Positions 18,147 through 27,343 are shown, counted from the first letter of the stretch. The stretch is 64,000 nt of DNA from an uncultured Armatimonadetes bacterium (GCA_903904815.1 CAIVDU010000031.1:132266-196265); one strand, 5' to 3'. Numbers and translations are program-made. The notes: generated by a model not told the origin, from the sequence alone.

Positions 18147-19361
18147 ATGCTGCCATTTATCGCCTTGTCGCTTCAGGCTGCTTACGCCTCACACTTCGGA
18201 CCGTCCGACTTGAAAAACCCGAATCTGCTCTTTCCGGAAAGCTCGGTGGCTCGATGGTATGACGCAGGACTCGCCGCTCACTCGCACGTCATTATCTGGA
18301 ATGGCGCCGAACAGCGCCCAGATTATCGCCGGTTTGCGATGACCGAAGATTCCAATGTGTTTAGCGGTCCTGCTGCCCGAGCGACAACTCCGGCCGGATT
18401 TGGGCCTTCCGATGTCCGCGCCGCCTACAATATCCCTTCTCTCTCGGGAACGAAGGCGATCGCGATCGTTGATGCTTATCACTATGCCACCGCGCTGAAC
18501 GACTTCAACGTCTTCGCCAAGATGTATGGCCTTCCCCTTGAGACGTCGACCAACGCGACACTCGCTACCAACACTCACTTCCAGGTCGTGTACCAGGGAA
18601 CGACGGCTCCCTCCGTCAATTCGGGTTGGAACATGGAAGCGGCTCTGGACATCGAGTGGGTCCATGCCATCGCGCCCAACGCAAAGATCTACCTTGTGGA
18701 AGCGAACAGTTCGAGTCTGAACGACATGTATGCAGCCACCAAGAAAGCGGCGACGCTTGCGAACGTCAAAGAAGTGTCCATGAGTTGGGGCGCTGGCGAG
18801 TACAGCGGGGAAACGTCCGCTGATTCTACGTTCTCGGCGACGGGTGTGGTCTTCTTCGCTTCCAGCGGCGACACGACTGCCGTTCAGGAATATCCTTCGG
18901 AGTCTCCAAACGTAGTCGCCGTCGGCGGAACTTCGCTTGTGATGTCCAACGGAGCGGTGACCAAGGAGACGCCATGGTCCGGAGCGGGCGGAGGCATTAG
19001 CAAGTACGAGGCGATCCCCAGCTACCAGAAGTCGATTGCTAGTTATGTCGGAACGAAGCGTGGCGCCGCCGATGTCTGTGCCATCGCCGATCCCAACACC
19101 GGTGTGGCGGTTTACGACTCGACGACGGTGAGCGGCCGATCCGGCTGGATGGTGGTGGGCGGTACGAGCCTTGCCTGCCCAGTAACGGCGGCGATCACCA
19201 ATGTCTCTGGTAGCTTCCTTGGCTCCTCGCCCCTGGAACTCGCCAAGATCTACGGTGGTCTCGGTGGCGCCAACTTCAGAAAGATCTCTGGCCCAACCCC
19301 CAAAGCGACCTGGTACTACGCCGTGGGAGTAGGAAGTCCCCTCGGAACAAAGGGTCTCTAA
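18147..19361 (+). CDS. S53 (sedolisin-like) serine peptidase, compact form, paralog 2
   Basis: EAALDIEWVHAIAP, ASSGDTTA, AVGGTSL and VGGTSLACPVTAA are present. The product is collinear with paralogs 1 and 3. An in-frame TAA at 18141-18143 fixes the start. Confidence 0.8.
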   Translation: MLPFIALSLQAAYASHFGPSDLKNPNLLFPESSVARWYDAGLAAHSHVIIWNGAEQRPDYRRFAMTEDSNVFSGPAARATTPAGFGPSDVRAAYNIPSLSGTKAIAIVDAYHYATALNDFNVFAKMYGLPLETSTNATLATNTHFQVVYQGTTAPSVNSGWNMEAALDIEWVHAIAPNAKIYLVEANSSSLNDMYAATKKAATLANVKEVSMSWGAGEYSGETSADSTFSATGVVFFASSGDTTAVQEYPSESPNVVAVGGTSLVMSNGAVTKETPWSGAGGGISKYEAIPSYQKSIASYVGTKRGAADVCAIADPNTGVAVYDSTTVSGRSGWMVVGGTSLACPVTAAITNVSGSFLGSSPLELAKIYGGLGGANFRKISGPTPKATWYYAVGVGSPLGTKGL

Positions 19362-19380
19362 GCAGACGGATCCTCTTTGA

Positions 19381-19423
19381 GCGGACCCCTGAAGGAAATT
19401 CCTTCAGGGGTCCGCTGCTATTT
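19381..19423 (+). terminator. Rho-independent terminator after S53 paralog 2
   Basis: A perfect 15-bp stem (gcggacccctgaagg / ccttcaggggtccgc) closes a 5-nt loop and is followed by tgctattt. Confidence 0.8.
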
Positions 19424-19457
19424 GCGCCGTATTCGAGCAAATCGTTTATAAAATACT

Positions 19458-19480
19458 TTGTCTATCGTTTAAGTAGACAA
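19458..19480 (+). promoter_or_regulatory. Inverted repeat in the AT-rich region upstream of S53 paralog 3 (candidate operator)
   Basis: ttgtcta (19458-19464) and tagacaa (19474-19480) are reverse complements separated by 9 nt, within the most AT-rich part of this intergenic region. Confidence 0.25.
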
Positions 19481-19536
19481 GATTTTCACAAAGAACCTTG
19501 GTAATTCGACCATTTCTCGATTAGAGTAAATATGCC

Positions 19537-19554
19537 GGGCGACGATAGTCGCCC
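19537..19554 (+). promoter_or_regulatory. Short leader hairpin immediately 5' of the RBS of S53 paralog 3
   Basis: gggcgac-gata-gtcgccc forms a 7-bp stem that ends 2 nt before the AGGAGG at 19557-19562. The GTG start is at 19572. Confidence 0.25.
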
Positions 19555-19571
19555 AAAGGAGGATTCCTCAA

Positions 19572-20783
19572 GTGCTTTCGCTCATTGGACTGTCTCTTCA
19601 AGCCGCCTATGCGGTTCTTCATGGCCCCGCGGCCCTTTCTGACCACCGTGTGTTCGTTCCGGATTCATCAATTCCGAAGTGGTACGAGGCTGGCCTCGCC
19701 GCCCATACCCATCATCTGATCTCGATCGGACCGCAGGAAAACCCTCAGCCGATCTATCCGACCGAGTTTGCGCTCAACGGCCCTTTGGCGGCAGCAACGC
19801 CAAGCGGGTACTCACCTTCGCAGATCCGATCGGCCTATGCCGTGGTTGGCGCAGGTTCAAAGGCGATCGCGATCGTCGATGCCTACAACTATCCAACCGC
19901 GCTAAACGACTTCAATGTGTTCTCGGCCCAGTACGGGCTGCCCCAGGAGACTTCGACAAGCGTGACCGCCAGCACCAACAAGGTCTTCCAGGTTGTCTAT
20001 CAGGGAACAAAAAAGCCTTCGAACAACGCAAGTTGGAACGAAGAAGAGGCGCTGGACATTGAGTGGGCTCACGCACTCGCGCCAAGCGCCAAGATTTACC
20101 TTGTCGAGGCAAATAGTGCCAGTTACGCAAATCTTTTCGCGGCGATCCAGAAGGCCGCCACTCTGACTGGTGTCTCGGAAGTCTCCAATAGTTGGGGAGG
20201 GTCTGAGTTCTCGGGGGAGACCTCGTATGACAGCTACTTCACCACAAGCGGCATCGTGTTCTTCGCATCCGCAGGTGATACGGGCGGAGCTCAGGAGTAT
20301 CCGTCCGAGTCTCCAAATGTCGTGGCGGCGGGAGGCACCACGCTGAATCTCAGTGGCACTACGGTGACTAGCGAGACGGCTTGGAGCGGGTCTGGCGGTG
20401 GCCCGAGTAGCTACGAGGCGAGACCTTCCTATCAGAGCGGCATCTCCTCGATCGTGGGTAGCGTCCGAGGCGCCCCGGATCTTGCCGCTGATGCGGATCC
20501 GAATACCGGTGTGGCCGTCTATGACAGCACCAGCTATGCCGGTTACGTCGGCTGGCTTGTCTTTGGCGGCACCAGCGTGGCGAGCCCAGTTCTGGCTGGA
20601 ATCACGAACGCGGCCGGCACATTCAGGGCTTCTTCAAACGCGGAGTTGACCGCCATCTACTCCAAGTTAGGAACCTCAAGTTTCCGAGATATCACCTCTG
20701 GAAGCGCTGGCTCGTTCACCGCCAAAGTCGGATGGGACTTCATCACCGGTGTGGGTGCTCCGGTCGGAGCGAGCGGTCTTTAA
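19572..20783 (+). CDS. S53 (sedolisin-like) serine peptidase, compact form, paralog 3
   Basis: EEALDIEWAHALAP, ASAGDTGG and FGGTSVASPVLAG are present. The gene starts at GTG, and there is no other in-frame start after the TAA at 19527-19529. Confidence 0.8.
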   Translation: MLSLIGLSLQAAYAVLHGPAALSDHRVFVPDSSIPKWYEAGLAAHTHHLISIGPQENPQPIYPTEFALNGPLAAATPSGYSPSQIRSAYAVVGAGSKAIAIVDAYNYPTALNDFNVFSAQYGLPQETSTSVTASTNKVFQVVYQGTKKPSNNASWNEEEALDIEWAHALAPSAKIYLVEANSASYANLFAAIQKAATLTGVSEVSNSWGGSEFSGETSYDSYFTTSGIVFFASAGDTGGAQEYPSESPNVVAAGGTTLNLSGTTVTSETAWSGSGGGPSSYEARPSYQSGISSIVGSVRGAPDLAADADPNTGVAVYDSTSYAGYVGWLVFGGTSVASPVLAGITNAAGTFRASSNAELTAIYSKLGTSSFRDITSGSAGSFTAKVGWDFITGVGAPVGASGL

Positions 20784-20825
20784 CCGTCGGTTCCACTGCC
20801 TGACATTTGGATCGTAAAGGAGAAG

Positions 20826-20868
20826 AAAAGGGCTGCTCTTGAATAGAGGGCGGTCCCTTTTCGATTTT
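20826..20868 (+). terminator. Possible terminator after S53 paralog 3
   Basis: An outer stem aaaaggg / ccctttt encloses an imperfect inner stem and is followed by a T-rich tail (ttttcgatttt). Confidence 0.35.
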
Positions 20869-20974
20869 GATCGATCAGTTTTGCGGGGTTTCACGCATCG
20901 TCAACGAAGAATCCCTGCAATTGAAGGTCAAAGGACTCACCTAGTGCCTCTCGGGGCGGTAACGTTCCTGCGCA

Positions 20975-22285
20975 ATGAATAGGTTGCCCTTCTCTTTAAT
21001 GCGCAGTGGAGCGCTGGCACTCGTGGGCGCCCTGGCAGCATTGAGCGCGGCTCAAGCGACTTCCACGTCCACGCCCTTGACGCTGGCCGAGGCTCTGGCG
21101 ATGGCCAAGCAGAAGAATGGAACCGTCAAATCGGCTGAATACCTCGTGAAGGCGGCGGACCAGAGGGTCATTGAATCGCTCTCCGCGTTTCTGCCGACGG
21201 TCACCCCGACCTACACCTATAACAGTTCGAGACAGCAGCTTCCCGCGGTCAACGGCACGCAGTTTCTTCAAACCGAGGGTGGGGCTACCGCGATCAATTC
21301 AAGCCTGACCCTGATCGACGCCGGTCAACGGGGCTTTAACCTCAGTTCCAGTCGCCGTTCACTTAGTTCGCAGCGGTTCTCGGCACGGCAAACGCTCCGA
21401 ACAACCCTCTTTTCCGTCACCCAGCAGTTTTACGAGACCCTCCGGGCACAGGAGCTTCTCAACGTTTCCCAGTCTGAGGTCGACCGAACGGCTCAAATCC
21501 TGGCTCAAACCAAGGCTCGCATCCAAGTGCGGGATGCGGCAGCGATTGAAGAGTTGCAGGCAAATGCGGACTACCAGAACGCGCGCGTCGCCCTCTTGGT
21601 CTCTCGAAACAGTGTCTCAACGAATACGGCAACTCTCAAAGGTCTCATCGGATTCGATTCAGACCAAGCTTTGCCCTCCCTTCAAAAGACCGATGCGCCG
21701 ACCGCAACCCTCGCTCAATCGTCCGACACGCTCATTCGTCGTGGACTTGCAGATCGACCGGACCTGCTGGCGCTCCGCCAAAGTGTCGCGGCGGCACGAT
21801 ATTCGTACCTCTCAGCCGACCGAAACGCCAACCTGGGATTCTCGGCGTCGTTGACCTACGATCAGCAGGTCACCCCGACCTGGCTCCAGGACCGAGCCCT
21901 GCTATTCACCCTCAGTTACCCACTGTTCGACGGCGGGTTTACAAGAGCGGCCGCGCGAGAACTTCACGCGAACTATTTCTCTCAGAAGGAGACGCTCGTC
22001 CAGTCTGAACGATCCGCGCAAGCAGAGATCGAATCGGCGTTCGCCGAGAGTTCGCAGAACCGGGACCGTCTCGACGCGGCTAGCACCGCCCTTGACGCCG
22101 CCCAAAAGAACTACACGGCCGCACTAGAGTCTCAGAAACTTGGTTCATATGACCTGATCCAGGTTTTGACGGCTAACGTGAGCCTCGTAACTGCCCAATC
22201 CAACTACATCCAGGCGATCTACGATTTTGCGATCTCCGATGTAAAGCTCAAACTGGTGACCGGCCAGCCCATTCCCGGTGAGTGA
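20975..22285 (+). CDS. TolC-family outer membrane efflux protein
   Basis: The product has a signal peptide (MNRLPFSLMRSGALALVGALAALSAAQA), a start typical of OEP proteins (LTLAEALAMAKQKN) and two internally repeated helical/beta halves. It is 436 aa long. Confidence 0.85.
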   Translation: MNRLPFSLMRSGALALVGALAALSAAQATSTSTPLTLAEALAMAKQKNGTVKSAEYLVKAADQRVIESLSAFLPTVTPTYTYNSSRQQLPAVNGTQFLQTEGGATAINSSLTLIDAGQRGFNLSSSRRSLSSQRFSARQTLRTTLFSVTQQFYETLRAQELLNVSQSEVDRTAQILAQTKARIQVRDAAAIEELQANADYQNARVALLVSRNSVSTNTATLKGLIGFDSDQALPSLQKTDAPTATLAQSSDTLIRRGLADRPDLLALRQSVAAARYSYLSADRNANLGFSASLTYDQQVTPTWLQDRALLFTLSYPLFDGGFTRAAARELHANYFSQKETLVQSERSAQAEIESAFAESSQNRDRLDAASTALDAAQKNYTAALESQKLGSYDLIQVLTANVSLVTAQSNYIQAIYDFAISDVKLKLVTGQPIPGE

Positions 22286-22319
22286 CACCCGAGTCGAAAC
22301 CACGTAGGAAACACAGAAG

Positions 22320-23075
22320 ATGCCCAAACCGATTATCGAAGTCCGAAAGATCAGCAAGCGCTATGTCATGGGCGACCAAGTGGTGAACGCTCTCCGAGAC
22401 GTAGACTTGGTTATCGAGCCCGGCGAATTCGTGGCGATTATGGGTCCATCGGGATCGGGAAAGTCGACCTTCATGAATCTCATCGGTTGCCTGGATCGGC
22501 CCACGTCCGGGGAGTACTTCCTGAACGAGGAGGAAGTCGCTGGTCTGGATGACAATAAGCTCGCGGAGATTCGCAATCGCTATCTCGGATTCGTCTTTCA
22601 GAACTTCAATCTACTTCCCCGAACTTCTGCGCAGAAAAACGTCGAGCTGCCCCTCATGTATGCGGGCGCAAAAGGGCGGGGAGAGCGAGCGAAGAAAGCC
22701 CTGGTGATGGTCGGCCTAGGCAACCGAATGGACCACACTCCGGCGATGCTTTCGGGTGGTCAGCAACAGCGTGTCGCCATAGCTCGCGCCATCGTGAACG
22801 ATCCCATGGTGATCCTGGGTGACGAGCCGACTGGCAACCTTGACTCTCGCACCAGCGAAGAGATCCTCGCTGTATTCCAGGAACTGAACAGGAACGGGAA
22901 GACGGTGATCATCGTCACTCACGAAGAAGATGTTGCTCAGCACTGCAAGCGCATTATTCGATTCCGAGATGGCCAAATCCGTGTCGATGAAAGGGTCGAG
23001 AGTCCGACCGATGCCCGGACTGTCCTCGACAGCATGAACCTCAGCGAAGAAGCAAAGCTCCAGCCGACGGCTTAG
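22320..23075 (+). CDS. ABC transporter ATP-binding protein (MacB/LolD/FtsE-type ATPase domain only)
   Basis: The product has Walker A (GPSGSGKST), a Q-loop, the signature [14 protein letters not shown], Walker B ([11 protein letters not shown]) and an H-loop (IIVTHEE). No transmembrane domain is present. Confidence 0.9.
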   Translation: MPKPIIEVRKISKRYVMGDQVVNALRDVDLVIEPGEFVAIMGPSGSGKSTFMNLIGCLDRPTSGEYFLNEEEVAGLDDNKLAEIRNRYLGFVFQNFNLLPRTSAQKNVELPLMYAGAKGRGERAKKALVMVGLGNRMDHTPAMLSGGQQQRVAIARAIVNDPMVILGDEPTGNLDSRTSEEILAVFQELNRNGKTVIIVTHEEDVAQHCKRIIRFRDGQIRVDERVESPTDARTVLDSMNLSEEAKLQPTA

Positions 23076-23441
23076 AGAAAGAGTGTTCTAGAGACGACCT
23101 TCAAAACTTCGGTCAAGTCCAAGGTGCTTGACGCGGGGAACCATTTTAGGTGTCGCTTTGCGACGGAGGTCTATTCAACCTGACATCTCCCTCGCGCGCT
23201 CTGCTGAAGGTGAGGGGACCGTTTGGCGATGATCAAGGGTTTTGCGATTAGCTCTGGAAGAGTGCGGTTAAGAAGTGTCGCGCATCAGTCTGAAAAGAGC
23301 CGTATCGGCCGAGATGGATTTAACCGTAAATTCAAAATATCGCTTGCTAGCCTTATTTTCTTTCAAACTGTTTCTCGGGTGGTGGTTTCCGTCCCTGATC
23401 TTCAAGCCACGATAACTTCTGAAGTGCTAATCTAGTTCAAG

Positions 23442-24755
23442 ATGGCTTACTTCCCCGAAGTCGCAGAAAAGGTCCGTTACGAAGGAAAGGGCAGCAAGAA
23501 CCCCCTTGCGTTCAAGCAGTACAACCCCGACAAGGTTGTCGGCGAAAAGACGATGCGAGAGCATCTCAAGTTTGCCGTCTGCTACTGGCACACATTTAAG
23601 GCTACCGGCAGCGATCCGTTTGGCCTGCCCACCATGGTCCGACCTTGGGACTCCGCTACCGATCCTGTTCAGCGAGCCAAGGACACGATGGATGCCGCCT
23701 TCGAATTCATCTCGAAGCTGGACGTGGACTACTGGGCTTTTCACGATCGGGACATCGCACCGGAGGGCGAGAACTTCTCGGAGAGCTGTAAGTTCCTACA
23801 CGAACTCGTGGAATACGCTGAGCAGAAGCAGAAACAGACTGGTATTAAGCTTCTTTGGGGAACCGCGAACTTGTTTAGCCATCCCCGCTATCAAGCGGGA
23901 GCCGCCACGAATCCCAATCCCGATGTGTTCGCTTATGCGGCGGCTCAGGTCAAGCATGCTCTTGACGCAACTCATAAGCTAGGCGGAGCCGGATACACGT
24001 TCTGGGGAGGCCGCGAGGGCTACGACACGCTCTGGAACACCGATATGAAGCAGGAGCGGGAGCAGTTTGCCCATCTCCTCCATATGGCCGTCGAATACGC
24101 CCACGAGATCGGGTTCAAGGGGCAGTTCTACATCGAGCCCAAGCCCAAGGAGCCGACGACCCACCAGTACGATAGCGACGTGGCGGCCTGCCTGAACTTC
24201 CTGCGGGAGTTCCACCTCATGGACCACCTCAAGCTCAACCTTGAGACGAATCACGCGACGCTCGCAGGTCATACGATGCAGCACGAGCTTCGGGCTGCTC
24301 GCCACGCCAATGCGCTCGGAAGCGTGGATGCGAATACTGGCGACGAGCTGATCGGATGGGATACCGACCAGTTCCCGACCAACATCTACACCACGACGGC
24401 GATTGTGCTGGAGATCCTCCAAATGGGAGGTTTCACCACCGGCGGCCTCAACTTCGATGCCAAGGTGCGACGGCAGTCCCACACGACGGAGGACCTGTTC
24501 TATGCCCACATCGGCGGCATGGATGCCTTCGCTCGCGGCCTCGAAATCGCTCACGCGATCCTTGAAGACGGCCGAATCCAAGCCATCGTTGACGCGCGCT
24601 ACGCGGGATGGCAAGGCAAGTTCGGACAGAAGATCCTACACGAAACCAAGAACCTCGCCGACTGCGAGGATCACGTTCTTCGACACGGCGAACCGACCCT
24701 CACCTCAGGGCGTCAGGAACTGCTCGAGAACATCATCAACGAGTACATCCTCTAG
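23442..24755 (+). CDS. xylA: Xylose isomerase
   Basis: The 437-aa product carries FKQYNPD, WAFHDRD, FWGGREGY, IEPKPKEPTTHQYD and LNLETNHATLAGH, which are class II XylA signatures. Confidence 0.95.
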   Translation: MAYFPEVAEKVRYEGKGSKNPLAFKQYNPDKVVGEKTMREHLKFAVCYWHTFKATGSDPFGLPTMVRPWDSATDPVQRAKDTMDAAFEFISKLDVDYWAFHDRDIAPEGENFSESCKFLHELVEYAEQKQKQTGIKLLWGTANLFSHPRYQAGAATNPNPDVFAYAAAQVKHALDATHKLGGAGYTFWGGREGYDTLWNTDMKQEREQFAHLLHMAVEYAHEIGFKGQFYIEPKPKEPTTHQYDSDVAACLNFLREFHLMDHLKLNLETNHATLAGHTMQHELRAARHANALGSVDANTGDELIGWDTDQFPTNIYTTTAIVLEILQMGGFTTGGLNFDAKVRRQSHTTEDLFYAHIGGMDAFARGLEIAHAILEDGRIQAIVDARYAGWQGKFGQKILHETKNLADCEDHVLRHGEPTLTSGRQELLENIINEYIL

Positions 24756-24792
24756 GCTAAAGCGGCCCCTGGCCGGAAGTTACCGAGAAATG

Positions 24793-24830
24793 GAGTGGTG
24801 GGCCGAATTGGCCTATCACTCCTTTTTTTC
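24793..24830 (+). terminator. Rho-independent terminator of xylA
   Basis: A 13-bp stem (ggagtggtgggcc / ggcctatcactcc, including two G-U pairs) closes a 5-nt loop and is followed by seven T residues. Confidence 0.8.
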
Positions 24831-24956
24831 GGGGTCCATGGGCTGCGCCTTTGGGACGTCCGTTAGGCTAAAGTTGTCTACCTCGCAATGGCTGTTCGTC
24901 TTCGCTTTTAGATCTGGCAGATCGCGGTTGGACGTGTGAACGGCAAGGGCGGTGGG

Positions 24957-26249
24957 TCAACTCACACGAGGCAAGCGCACCGAGACCGTTGTGCCTGCAC
25001 TGACATCGAGAAAAGCGACTCTCCCCTCCCTGGACTCGACGATTCGCTTGACGACGGCAAGGCCGATCCCTGCTCCTCCGTGGGCTTGGTTGCGAGCTTC
25101 GTCGGATCGATAGAAGCGTTCAAATACGCGGGTGCTGGCTTCTTTGCTCAGGCCGGGGCCAAAATCGTGAACCGTAAGCTCGACCTCTTCGCTGAGTACA
25201 TTGACTCGGACTTCAAGAGGCTGTCCCTCCCCAGTGTGCCTCGCCCCATTGTCTAGGAGGTTGCGGACAATGATCTCGACTTCTCCGGCGCCGATTCTTG
25301 CCCGACCGGGTAGGGTGACGACGCTGAGTCTCGATGTCGGCCAATTGCTGGCTTCTGCCCACTCTGAAGCAACTCTCTGAACGCATTCACCCAAGTCAAT
25401 CACGGTGGCTTCCGGACCGACTTGACGCGCCGTTGCCAGGAGTGTCTCGACGATGGACGTGAGCCGCTCGATCTGGATGAGCATTGCTTCCTGGGATGCC
25501 ACATGCTGTTCAGGGGAGCGTGGCCGTAGGAGGTTCGTCTCGATACGGGTTTGCAGGAGAGCCAGTGGGTTTCGAAGTTCGTGAGCCGCATCAGACGCGA
25601 ACTGTTCTTGAAGTGAGGCGGCATGACGGACCCGACCGATCAACTGGTTCAGAGAGGCAGCAAGCGACGCAAATTCTGCCCGATCGGTGGTGGTGAGAAC
25701 TTGGCTTTCACCCGATTCAGACAATCGCTGAGCCGACGCCACGAGCTCCGTGACGGGTCGCAACACTAACCCTCCGCCATACCAGGACACGACCGCCGTG
25801 AGCATGGTCAGCGGAAGCCACAGAGCGCCCAACACCAAAGCCAACTGCTTAAGCCCCGCCTCCGTCTCGAGCCAAGAGCTTTGGCCAATAACGGTCTTTG
25901 CGGGATCGGACTTGCCAAATAGCAAGGCGTCTCCCAGCTTCTTTCGCCCAACGATTGGATCTGGAGGACGGGATAGAGTGGAGGCGAGAAGGCGTCCGGA
26001 GGAAGAATAAACGGTCAGATCGATGCCGGGAAAGTCGTCTTTCTCTTCACGCAAGGAAGCAGGCCCAGACCACTCGTGAGCTACTCTTGTAACGCTCGCC
26101 TCTAACTCGCTAAAACGACGATTCAGGGACTGCTCCCTCACAAGATAGACCACAAGAGCAAACACGCATACCATCGCGGCGGAGACGGTCGCGGTTAGAA
26201 GGATGGTGAGCCTGGCTCTATGATTCCAGTTCAGCCAGCGCGAGAACAT
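24957..26249 (-). CDS. Sensor histidine kinase (two TM segments, HAMP, HisKA, HATPase)
   Basis: The H-box is FASDAAHELRNPLALL, the N-box is RNLLDNGARH, and the G-boxes are HDFGPGL and GGAGIGLAVVKRIV. The start overlaps the upstream response-regulator gene by 32 nt. Confidence 0.9.
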   Translation of the reverse strand: MFSRWLNWNHRARLTILLTATVSAAMVCVFALVVYLVREQSLNRRFSELEASVTRVAHEWSGPASLREEKDDFPGIDLTVYSSSGRLLASTLSRPPDPIVGRKKLGDALLFGKSDPAKTVIGQSSWLETEAGLKQLALVLGALWLPLTMLTAVVSWYGGGLVLRPVTELVASAQRLSESGESQVLTTTDRAEFASLAASLNQLIGRVRHAASLQEQFASDAAHELRNPLALLQTRIETNLLRPRSPEQHVASQEAMLIQIERLTSIVETLLATARQVGPEATVIDLGECVQRVASEWAEASNWPTSRLSVVTLPGRARIGAGEVEIIVRNLLDNGARHTGEGQPLEVRVNVLSEEVELTVHDFGPGLSKEASTRVFERFYRSDEARNQAHGGAGIGLAVVKRIVESREGRVAFLDVSAGTTVSVRLPRVS

Positions 26250-26895
26250 ATCCCCTCCCTCTCACCGTGTGAATGACTCGCGAGGTGCCTTGAACCTCCG
26301 TCTTCTTACGCAGGTAGTTGACGTACACCTCGACGATATTCTCGCCGCGGTATCCCTCGTCATGCCAGACCGCTTCCAGAATCACCGACTTTGAGAGCAC
26401 CGTCTCCGGGCGTCGCATGAATAGTTCGAGGAGCGAGAATTCGGTCGCCGACAGGAACAGTTCCTTTGCCGCTCGGTGGGCTGTGCGGTTCGTGCAATCG
26501 AGGGTGAGGTCGTTCCACGTCAGCACTTGGGTCACGTCGCGTCCTCTACGAAGGGCGGCTCGTACGCGCGCGATGAGAACCTCCAGCTTGAATGGCTTCA
26601 CCAGATAGTCGTCGCCGCCCACTTCAAGCCCTCGAACGAGATCTTTGGTCGTGTCGCGTGCCGTGAGGTAGATGATCGGCATTCGCAAGCCTTGTTCGCG
26701 AACCGCCTTGACCATGGCGAAGCCGTTCATCATCGGCATCATGACGTCGACTAACAGGAGATCGAACTCGGGGGCTCGCTTTAGTCCGGCTACGCCGTTT
26801 GGCGCCACCTCGCACGTATAGCCAATCTCAGTGAGGGCCTGAAACAGCAGTTCCGCCATTTCCGGCCCGTCTTCGACGATGAGGATGCGACTCAA
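26218..26895 (-). CDS. OmpR-family response regulator
   Basis: The receiver domain is canonical (ILIVEDGPE, LLLVDVMMPMMNG, YLTARD, YLVKPF). It is followed by a winged-helix output domain (LTLDCTNRTAHRAAKELFLSATEFSLLELF...VRGRGYVL). Confidence 0.95.
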   Translation of the reverse strand: MSRILIVEDGPEMAELLFQALTEIGYTCEVAPNGVAGLKRAPEFDLLLVDVMMPMMNGFAMVKAVREQGLRMPIIYLTARDTTKDLVRGLEVGGDDYLVKPFKLEVLIARVRAALRRGRDVTQVLTWNDLTLDCTNRTAHRAAKELFLSATEFSLLELFMRRPETVLSKSVILEAVWHDEGYRGENIVEVYVNYLRKKTEVQGTSRVIHTVRGRGYVLALAELES

Positions 26896-26953
26896 AAGGC
26901 CTTCACCATAAACTAATGTCAGTTATTGCATGTTGGCCCTGATTCAATTTTGA

Positions 26954-27343
26954 CTACGACTTGGCCAGCTTTTCTAGCTCGTGCTTAAACTCTTTGGCTT
27001 CGCCGGCTGGATCGACCGACTCGGTGTCTCCGACCTTGCCAGTGATTGGATCAAGTTCAACTTCCATAAGCTTGTGGTTCTTGACGACGAGCACACCATA
27101 TACCCAGTGCCCCTCATCGAACTCAAACGTTGCCATAACGGCCTTGCCGCCCGCCTTCGTGCCGGCAATCTTCATCGCCTGAACTGGGGTGAGTTCGGCT
27201 ACCGGGACGGTCATCGAATGGTGCTTTCCTTCGTTCGAATCTTCCCTTTCCTGCCCGAGCGCTGTGCCCGAGATAAGGACGATGCCAAAGAGAATGGCCG
27301 AAGCGGTGCCGAGGCTCAGAAGAGCCTTTGAGGATAGTTTCAT
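26954..27343 (-). CDS. Secreted PepSY-domain protein
   Basis: The signal peptide is MKLSSKALLSLGTASAILFGIVLISGTALG. The PepSY-like core is LTPVQAMKIAGTKAGGKAVMATFEFDEGHWVYGVLVVKNHKLMEVELDPITGKV. An RBS (GAAGGAA) precedes the ATG at 27343, and the ORF track extends to 27424. Confidence 0.75.
   Translation of the reverse strand: MKLSSKALLSLGTASAILFGIVLISGTALGQEREDSNEGKHHSMTVPVAELTPVQAMKIAGTKAGGKAVMATFEFDEGHWVYGVLVVKNHKLMEVELDPITGKVGDTESVDPAGEAKEFKHELEKLAKS

Noticed and set aside
20331-20342. GGTT instead of GGTS in S53 paralog 3 (AAGGTTL), which at first looked like loss of the catalytic serine.
   Set aside because: This is the upstream VGGT(S/T)L motif. The nucleophile motif of sedolisins is the later GGTSxAxP, which is intact in all three paralogs (FGGTSVASPVLAG in paralog 3).
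23223-23435. A 70-aa ORF inside the 366-bp gap upstream of xylA.
   Set aside because: It has no RBS, atypical composition and no motif. The region is more likely promoter or leader sequence for xylA.
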